Shown here: positions 45,510 through 57,552 of the stretch, in pieces
Layout: each line of letters opens with the position of its first letter
How positions within the stretch are numbered: the stretch's first letter is position 1
Assembly: GCA_013239625.1 (NCBI GenBank)
Contig: MU053758.1
Span: 3,411,854 to 3,475,853, forward strand
DNA length: 64,000 bases
Direction of reading: 5' to 3'
Source of the DNA: Lama guanicoe
Taxonomy: Eukaryota
The notes under the pieces: model-generated
Seen by the model: the letters and a program-made list of their open reading frames with translations, nothing else
Database searches by the model: none
What the model was told of the DNA's origin: nothing
Translations under genes and position numbers: made by a program

Positions 45510-47481
45510 TTAAAAAAATTTTTATTGACATATAATCGATTCACAATATTAGATTCAGGTGTACAGGATAGTGATTCAATATTTTTATAGATTATACTCC
45601 ATTAAAAGTTATTACAAAATAATAGCTCTAATTCCCTATGCTGTACAATGTATCTTTGTTGCTTATCTATTTTATACATAGTAGTTTGTATCTCTTAATT
45701 CCATACTCCTAACTTGCCCCTTCCACCATCCCTTTCCCCAGTGGTAACCATTAGTTTGTTTTCTATATCTGTGAGTCTGTTTCTGTTTTGCTATAATTTG
45801 CTATAAATAAAACATTCGTTTTATTTTTTAGATTCCACATATAAGTGATATCATACAGTATTTGTCTTTCTCTCTCTGACTTACTTCACTGAGCATAATA
45901 TTCTCTAGATCTATCCATACTGATGAAAATGGCAGAATTTCATTTTTCTGGCTGAGTAATATTCTGTTTTATATATATATAATTCCATTATATATAATAT
46001 ATATATAATATTATATATCCATTATATATAAAATATATAATGAATATTCTATATTTGTTATATGTAATTAATTAATTGTAATTATTAATTAATTATAATC
46101 ATTAATATATAATGAATATATATATCAATCATATATCACATCTTATTTATCCATTCGTCTGTTGGTGGACACTTGGGTTGCTTCCATATTTTAGCTATTG
46201 TAAATAGTGCTGCTATGAACTTTGGGGTGCATGCATCTTCTCAAATTAGTGTTTTTGTTTTTTCCAAGTATATACCTGAGAGTAGAATTGCTGAATTGTA
46301 TGATAGTTCTATTTTTAGTTTTTAGGACCCTCCATACTATTTTCCATAATGGCTGCATCAATTTACATTCTCACTAACAGTGTACAAGATTCCTTTTCTC
46401 CATAACCTTGCCAACATTTGTTATTTGTGGTCTTTTTGATGATGGCCATTCTGACTAGTGTGAGGTGATAGGCCATTCTTGTTTCGATTTTCATTTCTCT
46501 AGTAATTGGCAATGTTGAGCATCTTTTCTTGTGCTTGTTGGCCATCCTTTGGGAAAATGTCTACTCAGGTCTTCTGCCCATTTTCTGATTGGGTTGTTTG
46601 TCTTGTTTTATTTTTTGATATTGAGTTGTACATGATTATCTCAATGGTCACAGAAAAAAAATTTGACAAAATTTAGCATCCATTCATGATAAAAGCTCTC
46701 ATCAAAGTTGCTACAGGGGGAACATATCTCAAAATAATAAAGGCCATTTATGACAAACCCACAGCTAACGTCATACTCAGTGGTGAAAAGCCAAGAACAT
46801 TTCCTCTAAATTCAGGAACAAGACAAGGGTTCCTGCTCTCAGCTTTTCTATTAATGTAGTATTGGAAGTCCTAGCCACAGCAATTAGACAAGGAAAAGAA
46901 ATGAAAGACATCCAAATTGAAAGGGAAGAGGTAAAATTGTCACCATTTGCAGATGACATGATAGTCTATATAGAAAACCCTAAAGTCTCCACCAAAAAAT
47001 TATTAAAACTAATAAATGAATTCAATAAAGTTGCAGAATTACAAGATTAATACACAGAAGTATGTTGCTTTTCTGTACACTAATAGTGATCTATCAGAGA
47101 GAGAGAATTTTAAAAATTCCATTTAAAATTGCATCAAAAAGAATAAAACACCTAAGAATAAACTTAACCAAGGAGGTGAAAGATCTGTACTCTGAAAACT
47201 GTGAAACATTGATGAAGGAAATGTCATTGAAGATGACACAAAGAAAAGAAAGATATCCCATACTCTTGGATTGAAAGAATTAATATTGTTAAAATGGTCA
47301 TACTACCCAAAACAACCTATAGACTTAATGCAATCTCCACCAAAATTCTCATGACTTTTTTCACAGAACTAGTACAAATAATCCTAAAATTAAATGGAAC
47401 CACAAAACCCCTGAATTTCTAAGGCAATACTGAGAAAGCAGAACAAAGCTGGTGGTGTCATGCTCCTTGACTTCAGACTAC
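45510..47481. mobile_element. L1 composite: minus-strand 3' end (~45510-46630, with AT-rich expansion ~45965-46135) abutting plus-strand ORF2 fragment (~46631-47481)
   Basis: Minus MANKHKKRCST...; plus [19 protein letters not shown] (46862-47050). Confidence 0.82.
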
Positions 47482-48852
47482 ATCCACATCCCCTCCACAA
47501 TTTCTGAGAGTTCCCGAGGCATTACTTTCTTTCTTATGGTTCCCCCTGCTCTGTCTGGCTCTTGGGCTGTTTCCACCTTCCCTTGAAGCAACCCAGACAC
47601 AAAACTCAGGTTCTTCAGGGTTTTCACAAGAAAGAAGGCCCACCCCCAAGGATTCTGTGAGTTTGGTAACTTAATGGAGAGTGATGCTATAGCAATATTC
47701 ATTACTTCCTGACTAGATCTCTTCTCTCCCTTTTTTCCCTTAACTCCCTTTATGGTGTTAAAAAAAAAAGTTCCCTTCTTTGTCTCTTGTCTTTGTGTAG
47801 TTGTTTTACATCCTTCTCTGGGCTTTTGGGGTTGCCAGTATGCATATCCCATATAGATACACCTATTGAAAGTTCACTGTCAAGGCATACTGACCACTTA
47901 AGTATCTGTCCCTAAGATAGAATTTTCTTCTATCAACTGCTAAGAAACTACAATTTATATTGTCACATTGTATGTAGCCATTTTCACACAAATATTGTTT
48001 TTTCTGGGTAGTAAGTTCCCCAAGGATGAGAATTGATGCTTCATCATTCTGATCTTCATAGTCCCTGCTTGAGAAGTGGTGGCCAATAAATTTTTATTGA
48101 AGAAATGAATGAGTGAATGCTTGCACTATATATGACATCAGTCTCTTTTAAAAAGAAGCAAATGTATTTCTTTCAACTAGGCATTCTTGAATTTTAAGCA
48201 ATTAATCCATTTTCTGTACAAGTGGAAACACAGACCATAGTTTCCTTGCCCAGCATATAACATTTATTAAGAAATGACAGAAGATACTGTATCACAGATT
48301 CTAATTGAAATAGCCGACAGGCATGATCCTTATGATCCAAAAAAAGGGAGATGGAATCAGAAGTTGAAATATGGATGAGTCTAGGCTCCTTCTTAGAGGC
48401 TGAATGTTGGGTGAAGAGCTTCTATTTCTTGCTGGTGATGTCTGAAGATGTCATGTGGCTATACTCTGTTGCTTTTGATGATGGAAAAAATTTTCAGGTA
48501 AAAAGAAGTTAAAAATAGATCATAAAGCAGGGGGAATTAGACTTGTGGACAGTTCACAAGGATAAACTCCACACTATGTCAGCAATTTTGAACCTGGCAA
48601 GAAAGTCAGAAATAGTATATCCAGAGCAATTTGATGATCAGCATGTGGGTTTGCAACATTTCTGTGTCCACAGTGGAAAGTCAAGATATTCACTGCAGGA
48701 TGAAATCAGATAAAACTCATACATTTGGTAGCTCCCATAACAAAAGTCCAAATGGATGTTTAAGAACTTTCACTGTGGTCCATGGGTGGTTGAGGGGATA
48801 AATTGTTCAGAGATGCTGTATCCTGAGCAACTGAAAATGAGTAACCTGGTTT

Positions 48853-49275
48853 TTAGCAGGTGGGCTCGCAGCAGGTGGGCTCACAACAGAGGCAGCAGGC
48901 TGGGCGGCAGCAGGACTGTCCACAGTAGGATGGGCGGCAGCAGGAGGCCTGGGCGAAGTACAGCTGGCAGCAGGTTGGTGGGGTGCAGCTCACCACGCAG
49001 CAGGGAGGCAGGCAGGTGCCCTCCACGCGGCAGTCAGGGCGGCACCACCTGGTGCGGCAGCTCAGAGCTCCGCTGCCACCCTCCTGGCCACAGCCAATGC
49101 TACCACCAATGCCACAGCCAGTCTCACAGCTGCTGGTCTGGCAGCAAGTTGGCTGGCAGCAGCTGGTCTGGCAGCAGGTTGGCTGGCCGCAAGTTGGCTG
49201 GCAGCAGCTGGAGCCACAGTTCCCACCAGTAGAACAGATGGGAAATCCGTTGAAGCTGGTGGAACAGCAGGCCAT
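48853..49275 (-). CDS. KRTAP1: KAP1-family high-sulfur protein (copy A), 140 aa, 5 CCQPT/CCQTS-type repeats
   Basis: MACCSTSFNGFPICSTGGNCGSSCCQP...GQEGGSGALSCRTRWCRPDCRVEGTCLPPCCVVSCTPPTCCQL; TATA at 49344-49350; AATAAA at 48263-48268. Exact paralog number not assignable. Confidence 0.9.
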   Translation of the reverse strand: MACCSTSFNGFPICSTGGNCGSSCCQPTCGQPTCCQTSCCQPTCCQTSSCETGCGIGGSIGCGQEGGSGALSCRTRWCRPDCRVEGTCLPPCCVVSCTPPTCCQLYFAQASCCRPSYCGQSCCRPACCLCCEPTCCEPTC

Positions 49276-50528
49276 GGTATCAAGAGTTGGGCTGAGAGCT
49301 GGAATGCTTGGAGGACTTTTGATGGTGACTTCTGTGTCAGGCCTTTTATATGTCTGGGCCAGCTGCTATTTGTAAAATTCTTAGCATATCTTCCTTGTTT
49401 TTATTTAAATTTGTTCCTCAGTGGTCCTCTGATTGGCTTACATTAAAATACTTACAATACACTATGAGCAACAGTTTAGAAATTACTTTGTTTTTATAGT
49501 TTCATTGGGATTCGTCATATCGGTCCTTTACTCTTTGGAATAAGCTTGTGGTTTCCCATGTTCAAAGAGACCTCCCATTTTAGTCCACGTCAATACCCCT
49601 GTTTTGTAGAGGTAGTTATTCCAGGTGACACTCTGTCCAGATCGCTAAGGCTAAGAGTAACTGTGCTTTTATTTTTAACTATTATTTTTTCCTTCTGGAT
49701 ATATAGATTGAATTCTCTTGAATTTGGGACATCAGGACATACACTGATCTAAAAGTTACCTTTGGTCATGCATCATTAAAAGCTTCCAACTTATGTATTC
49801 CAACATCAAATTAAATTACCATCATAGTTCCTTTGATTTCAACCAATTTGAAATGTGTAAATATTTATTCATGTTCCAGGCCAGAAATATTTTCTTGTCA
49901 ACCAAAGGATGTAGTGTATATATATAAAGATATCCAGCACAGTGCTTAGCTTCTGGTAGAACCTTAGTAAATGTTTATCGAATCTGATTTTGAATGGGTG
50001 AAGTAAAAAGCATGATTCACAGATGCCTGTACCACTTATAAATGATTAAATAGAGTTTTCAAGCTGTTGTGCCTCTAATGAAGGAGTCCTTATTATTGTC
50101 AGAAGAGAATAGGAAATGCTGAAATTATTTTTACATTTAATAGTCAAACTAAGGCTCGGGAAAAAATATCCACAAGTGATGATATTTTAAAGACTGCACC
50201 GCCATCAACTTTATTCTTTTGTGTGTGATCTACCACTGCTACCAATTAAATGATAGAGGTAAGTGCTGGGAGTTTGTAAATATCTCAAAAAATACTTTTC
50301 TAAAAGTGTCCTATGTTTTGTTCTATTGTGTCTTGTATATTGTGCTCAAATACTTATTGGAGAATTGAAAAATTAAATGGTAAAGGGTATTTTTGGTTCA
50401 AATTGGGTTGCAAAGTGTAAAATACATAGTTGTTTCAGATTTTTGATGCACGTGTCTGACAAAAGGTGATGGTGGAACTCACTAGGAATCTCCATAGCTG
50501 TTTGTTCTACTCTCATTTAGACCATAGA

Positions 50529-50662
50529 ATATCTTTTTTTTAACTTTTTTAAATTGAATTATAGTCATTTTACAATGTTGTGTCAAATTCCAGTATAGAG
50601 CACAATTTTTCAGTTATACATGAACATACATACATTCATTGTCACATTCTCTTTCGCTGTGA
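50529..50662 (-). mobile_element. Short young L1 3' tail insertion between KRTAP1 copies A and B
   Basis: TSD atttagaccataga at 50515-50528 and 50663-50676; same family tail sequence. Confidence 0.82.
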
Positions 50663-51608
50663 ATTTAGACCATAGATACATCTTATAAAAACTTACAGTA
50701 AATGGAGGTGAGTGTTAAGAGTTGAAACTTAGAGAGCAATCTGGGGATCAGTGGGAAGAATATAGTAGACTAAGTTATAGGAATTAAACCTAAATGTTCT
50801 TAGAAAATAGATAGTATCTGATAGACCGTAACTGGTAAATATTTTAAAATCTAGTCAGTAGGTAATACAGTTTCTTTAGAGATGGAGTTTGCATGAAGAG
50901 GAACATCTAGTATATTAAATGGAAGAAGCTTCAAAATGGTAGAAGTTCATCCAGGTAGAAATCCCATTGCTTTGATCAACCTGAAAATTTTAGGTAGAAA
51001 CGGCTTTATTGGTTTAGACCTAATCATAATAGATTAGACCGGGTAAGTATCTGAGTAATTGTAAAGATTATTGAATGCATGGAACATTTTATTAACGGGT
51101 GGATTCAAGCATAATGTAATTTATATTTAATCATTCTGGTTTGGACTTTCTGTTTATGCCTTAGCAATATTATCAAAATGCAAATTAGCTCTTTCTGAAT
51201 TCCAGCTAAAGGTGGACAAGCTTGAAGGTAGAAGGAAGAAAATAACTCAGTTTGCTTTGCACATTTAAACATTTTATTTGACATTAGCAGAGGCTATGCA
51301 GGGAGAAAGGAGGTTTGAAAGTATGTGGGGGTCAAGAGACAGGAAGGAGACCAGAGATGCCACTTAAATGAAGAATTACTCCACTCTGGGGCCCTGCTCA
51401 AGCAAGGCAGGATATCCAGATACTGTGGCCAATGCATGTTTTCAGTTGCTAATTCAAAACATCCAAGAGGGTCCTAAGGCTTTCATTTCTGAGTGGCTTA
51501 GAAATAGCATGATACTTAGCATCCAGGTAAAACTGAACACTCCTTCAGAGATCAGCATAATTTAGCTCTGCTTCCCCTTTCATTCTTAAGTAATCAGCAA
51601 CCTTGCTT

Positions 51609-52061
51609 TTAACAGGTGGGTTCACAGCAGGTGGGCTCACAGCAGATGCAGCAGGCTGGGCGGCAGCAGGACTGTCCACAGTAGGATGGGCGGCAGCAGG
51701 AGGCCTGGGCGAAATACAGCTGGCAGCAGGTTGGTGGGGTGCAGCTCACCACGCAGCAGGGAGGCAGGCAGGTGCCCTCCACGCGGCAGTCAGGGCGGCA
51801 CCACCTGGTGCGGCAGCTCAGAGCTCCGCTGCCACCCTCCTGGCCACAGCCAATGCTACCACCAATGCCACAGCCAGTCTCACAGCTGCTGGTCTGGCAG
51901 CAAGTTGGCTGGCAGCAGCTGGTCTGGCAGCAGGTTGGCTGGCTGCAAGTTGGCTGGCAGCAGCTGGTCTGGGAGCAGGTTGGCTGGCAGCAGCTGGAGC
52001 CACAGTTCCCACCAGTAGAACAGATGGGAAATCCGTTGAAGCTGGTGGAACAGCAGGCCAT
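51609..52061 (-). CDS. KRTAP1: KAP1-family protein (copy B), 150 aa, 7 pentapeptide repeats
   Basis: Same KAP1 architecture; TATA at 52138-52144; AATAAA at 51273-51278. Confidence 0.9.
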   Translation of the reverse strand: MACCSTSFNGFPICSTGGNCGSSCCQPTCSQTSCCQPTCSQPTCCQTSCCQPTCCQTSSCETGCGIGGSIGCGQEGGSGALSCRTRWCRPDCRVEGTCLPPCCVVSCTPPTCCQLYFAQASCCRPSYCGQSCCRPACCICCEPTCCEPTC

Positions 52062-52749
52062 GGTATCAAGAGTTGGGCTGAGAGTTGGTTTGTTAAGAGA
52101 AGTTTCTGAGTTTTGGCTTCACCTTCTACATCTGGCCTTTTATATATATGGCAGAGCCAGGTATTTGCTAACATTTAGCATGTTTCCTTGATAGCATTGC
52201 AAAGTCAGTCTCTGATTGGCTAATACTTGAGTTGTTTGGAAAGTTATAAATAGCATTTTCAATAGCCTGCTTTGGTCATTATTCAATTAAATCTCATTAT
52301 GTTTCTTCTTTGCTCTTTGGATCAAGTGAAGACTCATTATGAAAGTCAATCACATCAGCACCTCTTTCTGCAAGTCACATGACAGACTAGGCTCAGGCCA
52401 ACCATTACCCTGGCTTACTTTGTCATAGATGTCCTTTGATAGCCTTTAGGCAGAGTTTATCTAAACTGAACATTCTCTTCCTAAGTGGTCACTCAGTTAA
52501 GGATCATGATTTGTAAACAATTTGTCCAGACTTGAAATGACTACCATTAGTGTCATCAAAACATGAGCTATCACCTGACTCATCAACATCAAAAGAAGTA
52601 CGCCCTCCTATGTTCCGTTTGTGCAAGTTACAGGATCCTCAGAGTTCTTAGGAGTATTTTTGCCTTCAGTCATCAATGTACATATTTCCAGTTGAAACCC
52701 TTAATGACTTTTGCTTGTAGATTGTTTTCTGACTCGACTACAATCTGTA

Positions 52750-55070
52750 CATTGACATCCATCAGTGAACTTGGGTTGTTTCCAACTTTTCGCTATTGTA
52801 ATTAATCCTGCCAGGAACATAGATGTACAAATATCTCTTCAAGATCATGCTTTCAGTTCTTTTGGGTATATACCTAGGAGTAGAATTGCTGAATCACGTG
52901 TAATTCTATTTTTTATTTTTTCAGTAACAGCCATACTGTTCCCCATAGTGTATGTATCATTTACATTCCCACCAAGAATGCACAGAGGTTACAGTTTCTC
53001 CATTTCCTTGCCAACACTTGTTGGGTTTTTTGAGAGTAGTCATTCTAATGGATGTGAGGTGGCATGTCACTGGTTTTTGTTTGCATTTTCCTAATGATCA
53101 TGATACCTTCGTATGCTTGTTGGCCATTTGTATATTTTCTTTGTAGATATGTCCATTCATGTTCTTTGCCCAATTTTTAATTGTTTTGTTGTTGTTCTTG
53201 TTGTTAAGTTCTTTATGTATTCTGTATATTAACCCTTTATCAGATATATGATTTGCAAATATCTTCTCCCATTCTGTAGACTGCCTTTTCATTTTGTTGT
53301 CTCCTTTGATGCAGAGAAGTTTTTAATTTTGATGTACTTCAGTTTATCTTTTTTTTTCTTTTACTTTTGTTGCCTGTTCTTTTGGTGTCATATCCAAGAA
53401 ATCATTATCAAATCCAATATCATGAAACTTTTCCTCTATGTTTTCTTTTAAGAGTTTTATCATTTTAGCTCTTATGCTTAAGTCTTTGATCCATTTTAAC
53501 TTTTGTAGATGTCTTAAGATAAAGGTCCAACTTCATTCTTTTGCATGTGGATATCCAGTTTTCCCAACACCATTTGTTGAAAAGACTGTCATTTCCTATT
53601 GAATGGTCTTGGCGCCCTAGTTGAAAATCTTTGACCATATATGTGAGGGTTATTTCTGGTCTCTGTATTCTATTCAATTTGCCTATATGTTTGCCTTTAT
53701 GTCAGTACCATACTGTTTTGATTACTGTAGCTTTGTAGTATAGTTTGAAATCAGAAGTGTGATGTCTCCAGCTTTGTTCTTTTTTCTCAAGATTGCTTTG
53801 GCTATCCTGGGTCTTTTGTGGCTCCATACAAATTTTAGGATTGTTTGTTCTATCTCTGTGAAAAATATCATTGGATTTTTGGTAAGGATTGCCTTGAATC
53901 TGCAGATCACTGTGGGTAGTATGGACATTTTAACAATATTAATTCTTCCAGCCATAGGCATGGAATACCTTTCATTTATTTATGTCTTCAATTTCTTTCA
54001 TCAAAGTCTTACTGCTTTCAGTGTACAAATCTTTCACCTCCTTGATTAACTTTATTCTTAAGTATTTTTTTTGATGCTATTGTAAATGAGATGTTTCTTT
54101 AATTTCTCTTTCTGATAGATTGTTGTTAGTGTATAGAAATGCTATTGATTTTATATATTGATTTTTATCCTGCAGCTTTACTAAATTCATTGTTAGTTGT
54201 AACAGTTTTTGTTTTTGGGTTTTTTTTTTTTTGGTGGAGTCTAGGGTTTTCTATATATAATATGTCATTTGCAAATAGACAATTTTACTTCTTTCTTTCT
54301 TACGTAGATAACTTTTACTTCTTTTTCTTGCCTAATTACTCTGGCTTAGACATTCAGTACTATGATAAATAGAATAGGTAAATGTGAGCATCTTTTTCTT
54401 GTTCCTGATCAATAGGAAAAGTTTCAGTCTTTCACTGTTGAGTATGATGTTAGTGTGGGCTTTTCATATATGGCTTTTATTATGCTGAGATAGTTTCTGC
54501 ATCTATTGAGATAACCAAGTGTTTCCCTCCTTCATTCAGTTATGTGATGTATTACATTGATTAGTTTTCATATGTTAAACCATTCTTGCATTCTAGGATA
54601 AACTTCCATTTAGTCATGGTATATAATCCTTTTAAACATACTGTTGAGTTCTGTTTGATAATATTTTGTTGAGAATTTTAAAATCAATATTCATCAGGGA
54701 TATTGGTCTATAATTTTGCTTTCTTGTAGTGTCTGTCTGGCTTTGGTATCAGAGTAAATCTAACCTTGTAGAATGAGTTTGGAAAAATTCCTTCATCTTC
54801 AGTATTTTTTTTTTGAAGAGCCTGAGGAGGATTGGTGTTACTTTGTCTTTAAATATTTGATAGAATTCACCAGTGAAACCTTCTAGTACTGGGATTTTTG
54901 TTGTTGTTGTTGTCGTTGTCGTTGTTGGAATGTTTTATTACTGATTCCATCTCCTTGTTAATTATAGATCTGTTCAGATTTTCTATTTCTTTATGATTCC
55001 GTTTCAGTAAGTTGAGTGTCTCTAGGCATTTATCAGTTTCATCTAAGCTATCCAGTTTGTCAGCCTATCC
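52750..55070 (-). mobile_element. Old L1 (ORF2 RT to C-terminus)
   Basis: Minus-strand remnants [12 protein letters not shown]...[48 protein letters not shown]. Confidence 0.85.
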
Positions 55071-57120
55071 TATGCATATTACTCATTCTTTTAAATAGCT
55101 GTGTAGTATTCCAGAGTATGATCATACCACACTTGATTCAATCATCCTCCTATTGATGAAACCCTCAAATGTTTTAGTTTGTGCTTTTGGATTTAAGAAA
55201 ACCAGAGAATTTTAAGCTGAAAGGGACTCTTTAAAAGGGCCCAGCTTTAGGTGATTGTGAATGGTCATGTGATGTAGGGGACTGAACTCTCAAAGGAGAG
55301 CTAATTAAGTTAATTAAACTAAATAGGCTTCTCAAACTAGGTCTACTTTTAAGTGACTGTGTGACCTCAGAAAAGTCACTTAATCCCCTCTGAACACCCG
55401 TTTATTCATTGTAAAATGAGATGATCTCTCAGACACGTTTGGAGCTAAAATCCTGTAATTGCCCTACCAGGTCTTTCATTCCTTAAGGACATGATCTGCC
55501 CATGTCTGTTCACATTGATGGCCTACATAGTGCTTTCTGTACCATCTTATGTGTAGTTGCTCAGTAAATGCTCATTGAATAAAAGAGAGAATGAATGATT
55601 AGCAGTATATGGTAATAATGAATAGGCCAATTTGCATTTTACTAAAGTCACATGTTATTTTATTATTTTTTTTCTCAGCAGGAGCTATTAAGGGGCAATA
55701 CCTAAAAGTATCAGTAGTTAGAATCAAAGGGGCAAGAGGACAAAATGTGTCTCTACTTCTGTTCTGTTTTTCAAGGATGTTTTCTGGATTAGATCAAATC
55801 TCTCGATAAGCTAGGGAAAATGATTCTTTGCTTATGTGTTACCCTTTATTCATGCCCTCTACTTTCTTGATTTTCATTAACCCTTGAATGAATAAAGCAT
55901 TGTAATTTTAGCCAATGTGATATTCTTAATAAAGAAGAGTACTTTCAGTCTCCTCCAGCTCTAAGTACAAGAAACTATGATTAATCTTGATTCTTGTCCC
56001 CAAAAATCACCCATATTTAGGAAACTTCCCCTTCTTCTCCCCTACTTGTGCTTAAAGGTACCAAAATCCATTGTATATCTGTATTACATATAAATGCATG
56101 TATATGTATAATAAGTATGCATGTATTTCTGTTAAGATTTTAACCCAAAGTAGACACGTTGATTCTAAAACTAGGACAAAATAGCTATCATCCTCACTTC
56201 AGTTTAGAAGCCGGGGGAAATGTTTTTGATGTAAAAACCTCCATCTAAGTGAAAGTATATTTCCTCAGTGAGCCTTTCCCAACTTACGGTTCACTTGCTT
56301 TACTCTGTAAGATGACATGTAAGAGGATGATTTATTGGTGTGCATTACCACTGTTTGAAGATTGCCTGGAAGAGAATATTCCTCTTACAGACATGACAAA
56401 ATAAGTCATATTCTGGCTCTAGATACAGAGGTCTTGACATCTGTAACTTCCTGGTTATGAAAACACTGTGTAAAGTAGGGGTACAGCAGTACAGCCCATG
56501 CCAACTGGAGGCCTGTGTAACCACCTCTGCTGTATCTTTTTATGGGGATTAACCTCCCCTGGATTTGATCATGTTTCCTAACATGGTATAAGAATCACAG
56601 TGTGGGATATCAAAACCAGATTAGAATCTTACTGTGTGACTTCCTCCAAAATATACATCATGAGCAGACTCAAAGAAGAAAAAGAGACATGTTTGCTGTA
56701 CCAAAGATAGAGTTTATTAAACCTCGGTATATTGTTCCCCTATCATAGGAAATGCAGTTTGCAAGATGGTGGAGTTTAGGAGATGAATGTTTCTGAGAAG
56801 GACAGATGGTTCTGCCACAGCCTTGGAAGCACTGGGCCGTGGAGAAGATGCTTGCTGAAGGCTGATCCTGAGGCAAATTGGTTTTCACATTTCTTAGGTC
56901 AAACTTATATCTTGGCAGCTTCAGTGGAGCGCTCAAGATCTTTTTAGCATTGAATGGAATCAGACAGGTCTGTGAGGCCCAAATATTTGGTAAACCTTCA
57001 AAAAAGAGTCGAATAAAAATTCAAGAACTTGTTAGTGGCCCAGGGGTGATTGAGGAGATTATTAGTTCATGGACTGAGCTGGAAGTTGAAATTTCAAGTT
57101 GAAAATCAGAAACCTGACTT

Positions 57121-57552
57121 TTAGCAGGTGGGCTCGCAGCAGGTGGGCTCACAGCAGGTGGGCTCACAGCAGATGCAGCAGGCTGGGCGGCAGCAGGACT
57201 GTCCACAGTAGGATGGGCGGCAGCAGGAGGCCTGGGCGAAATACAGCTGGCAGCAGGTTGGTGGGGTGCAGCTCACCACGCAGCAGGGAGGCAGGCAGGT
57301 GCCCTCCACACAGTCAGGGCACCACCTGGTGCGGCAGCTCAGAGCTCCGCTGCCACCCTCCTGGCCACAGCCAATGCTACCACCAATGCCACAGCCAGTC
57401 TCACAGCTGCTGGTCTGGCAGCAGGTTGGCTGGCAGCAGCTGGTCTGGGAGCAGGTTGGCTGGCAGCAGGTTGTCTGGCAGCAGCTGGAGCCACAGTTCC
57501 CACCAGTAGAACAGATGGGAAATCCGTTGAAGCTGGTGGAACAGCAGGCCAT
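57121..57552 (-). CDS. KRTAP1: KAP1-family protein (copy C), 143 aa, lacks two Arg in the core and has an extra CCEPT
   Basis: KAP1 ORF with RTRWCPDCVEGT instead of RTRWCRPDCRVEGT; TATA at 57629-57635; AATAAA at 56713-56718. Confidence 0.88.
   Translation of the reverse strand: MACCSTSFNGFPICSTGGNCGSSCCQTTCCQPTCSQTSCCQPTCCQTSSCETGCGIGGSIGCGQEGGSGALSCRTRWCPDCVEGTCLPPCCVVSCTPPTCCQLYFAQASCCRPSYCGQSCCRPACCICCEPTCCEPTCCEPTC

Noticed and set aside
47478..47852. 124-aa minus-strand ORF downstream of KRTAP1 copy A
   Set aside because: No family resemblance; it ends at an L1 junction and is likely spurious.
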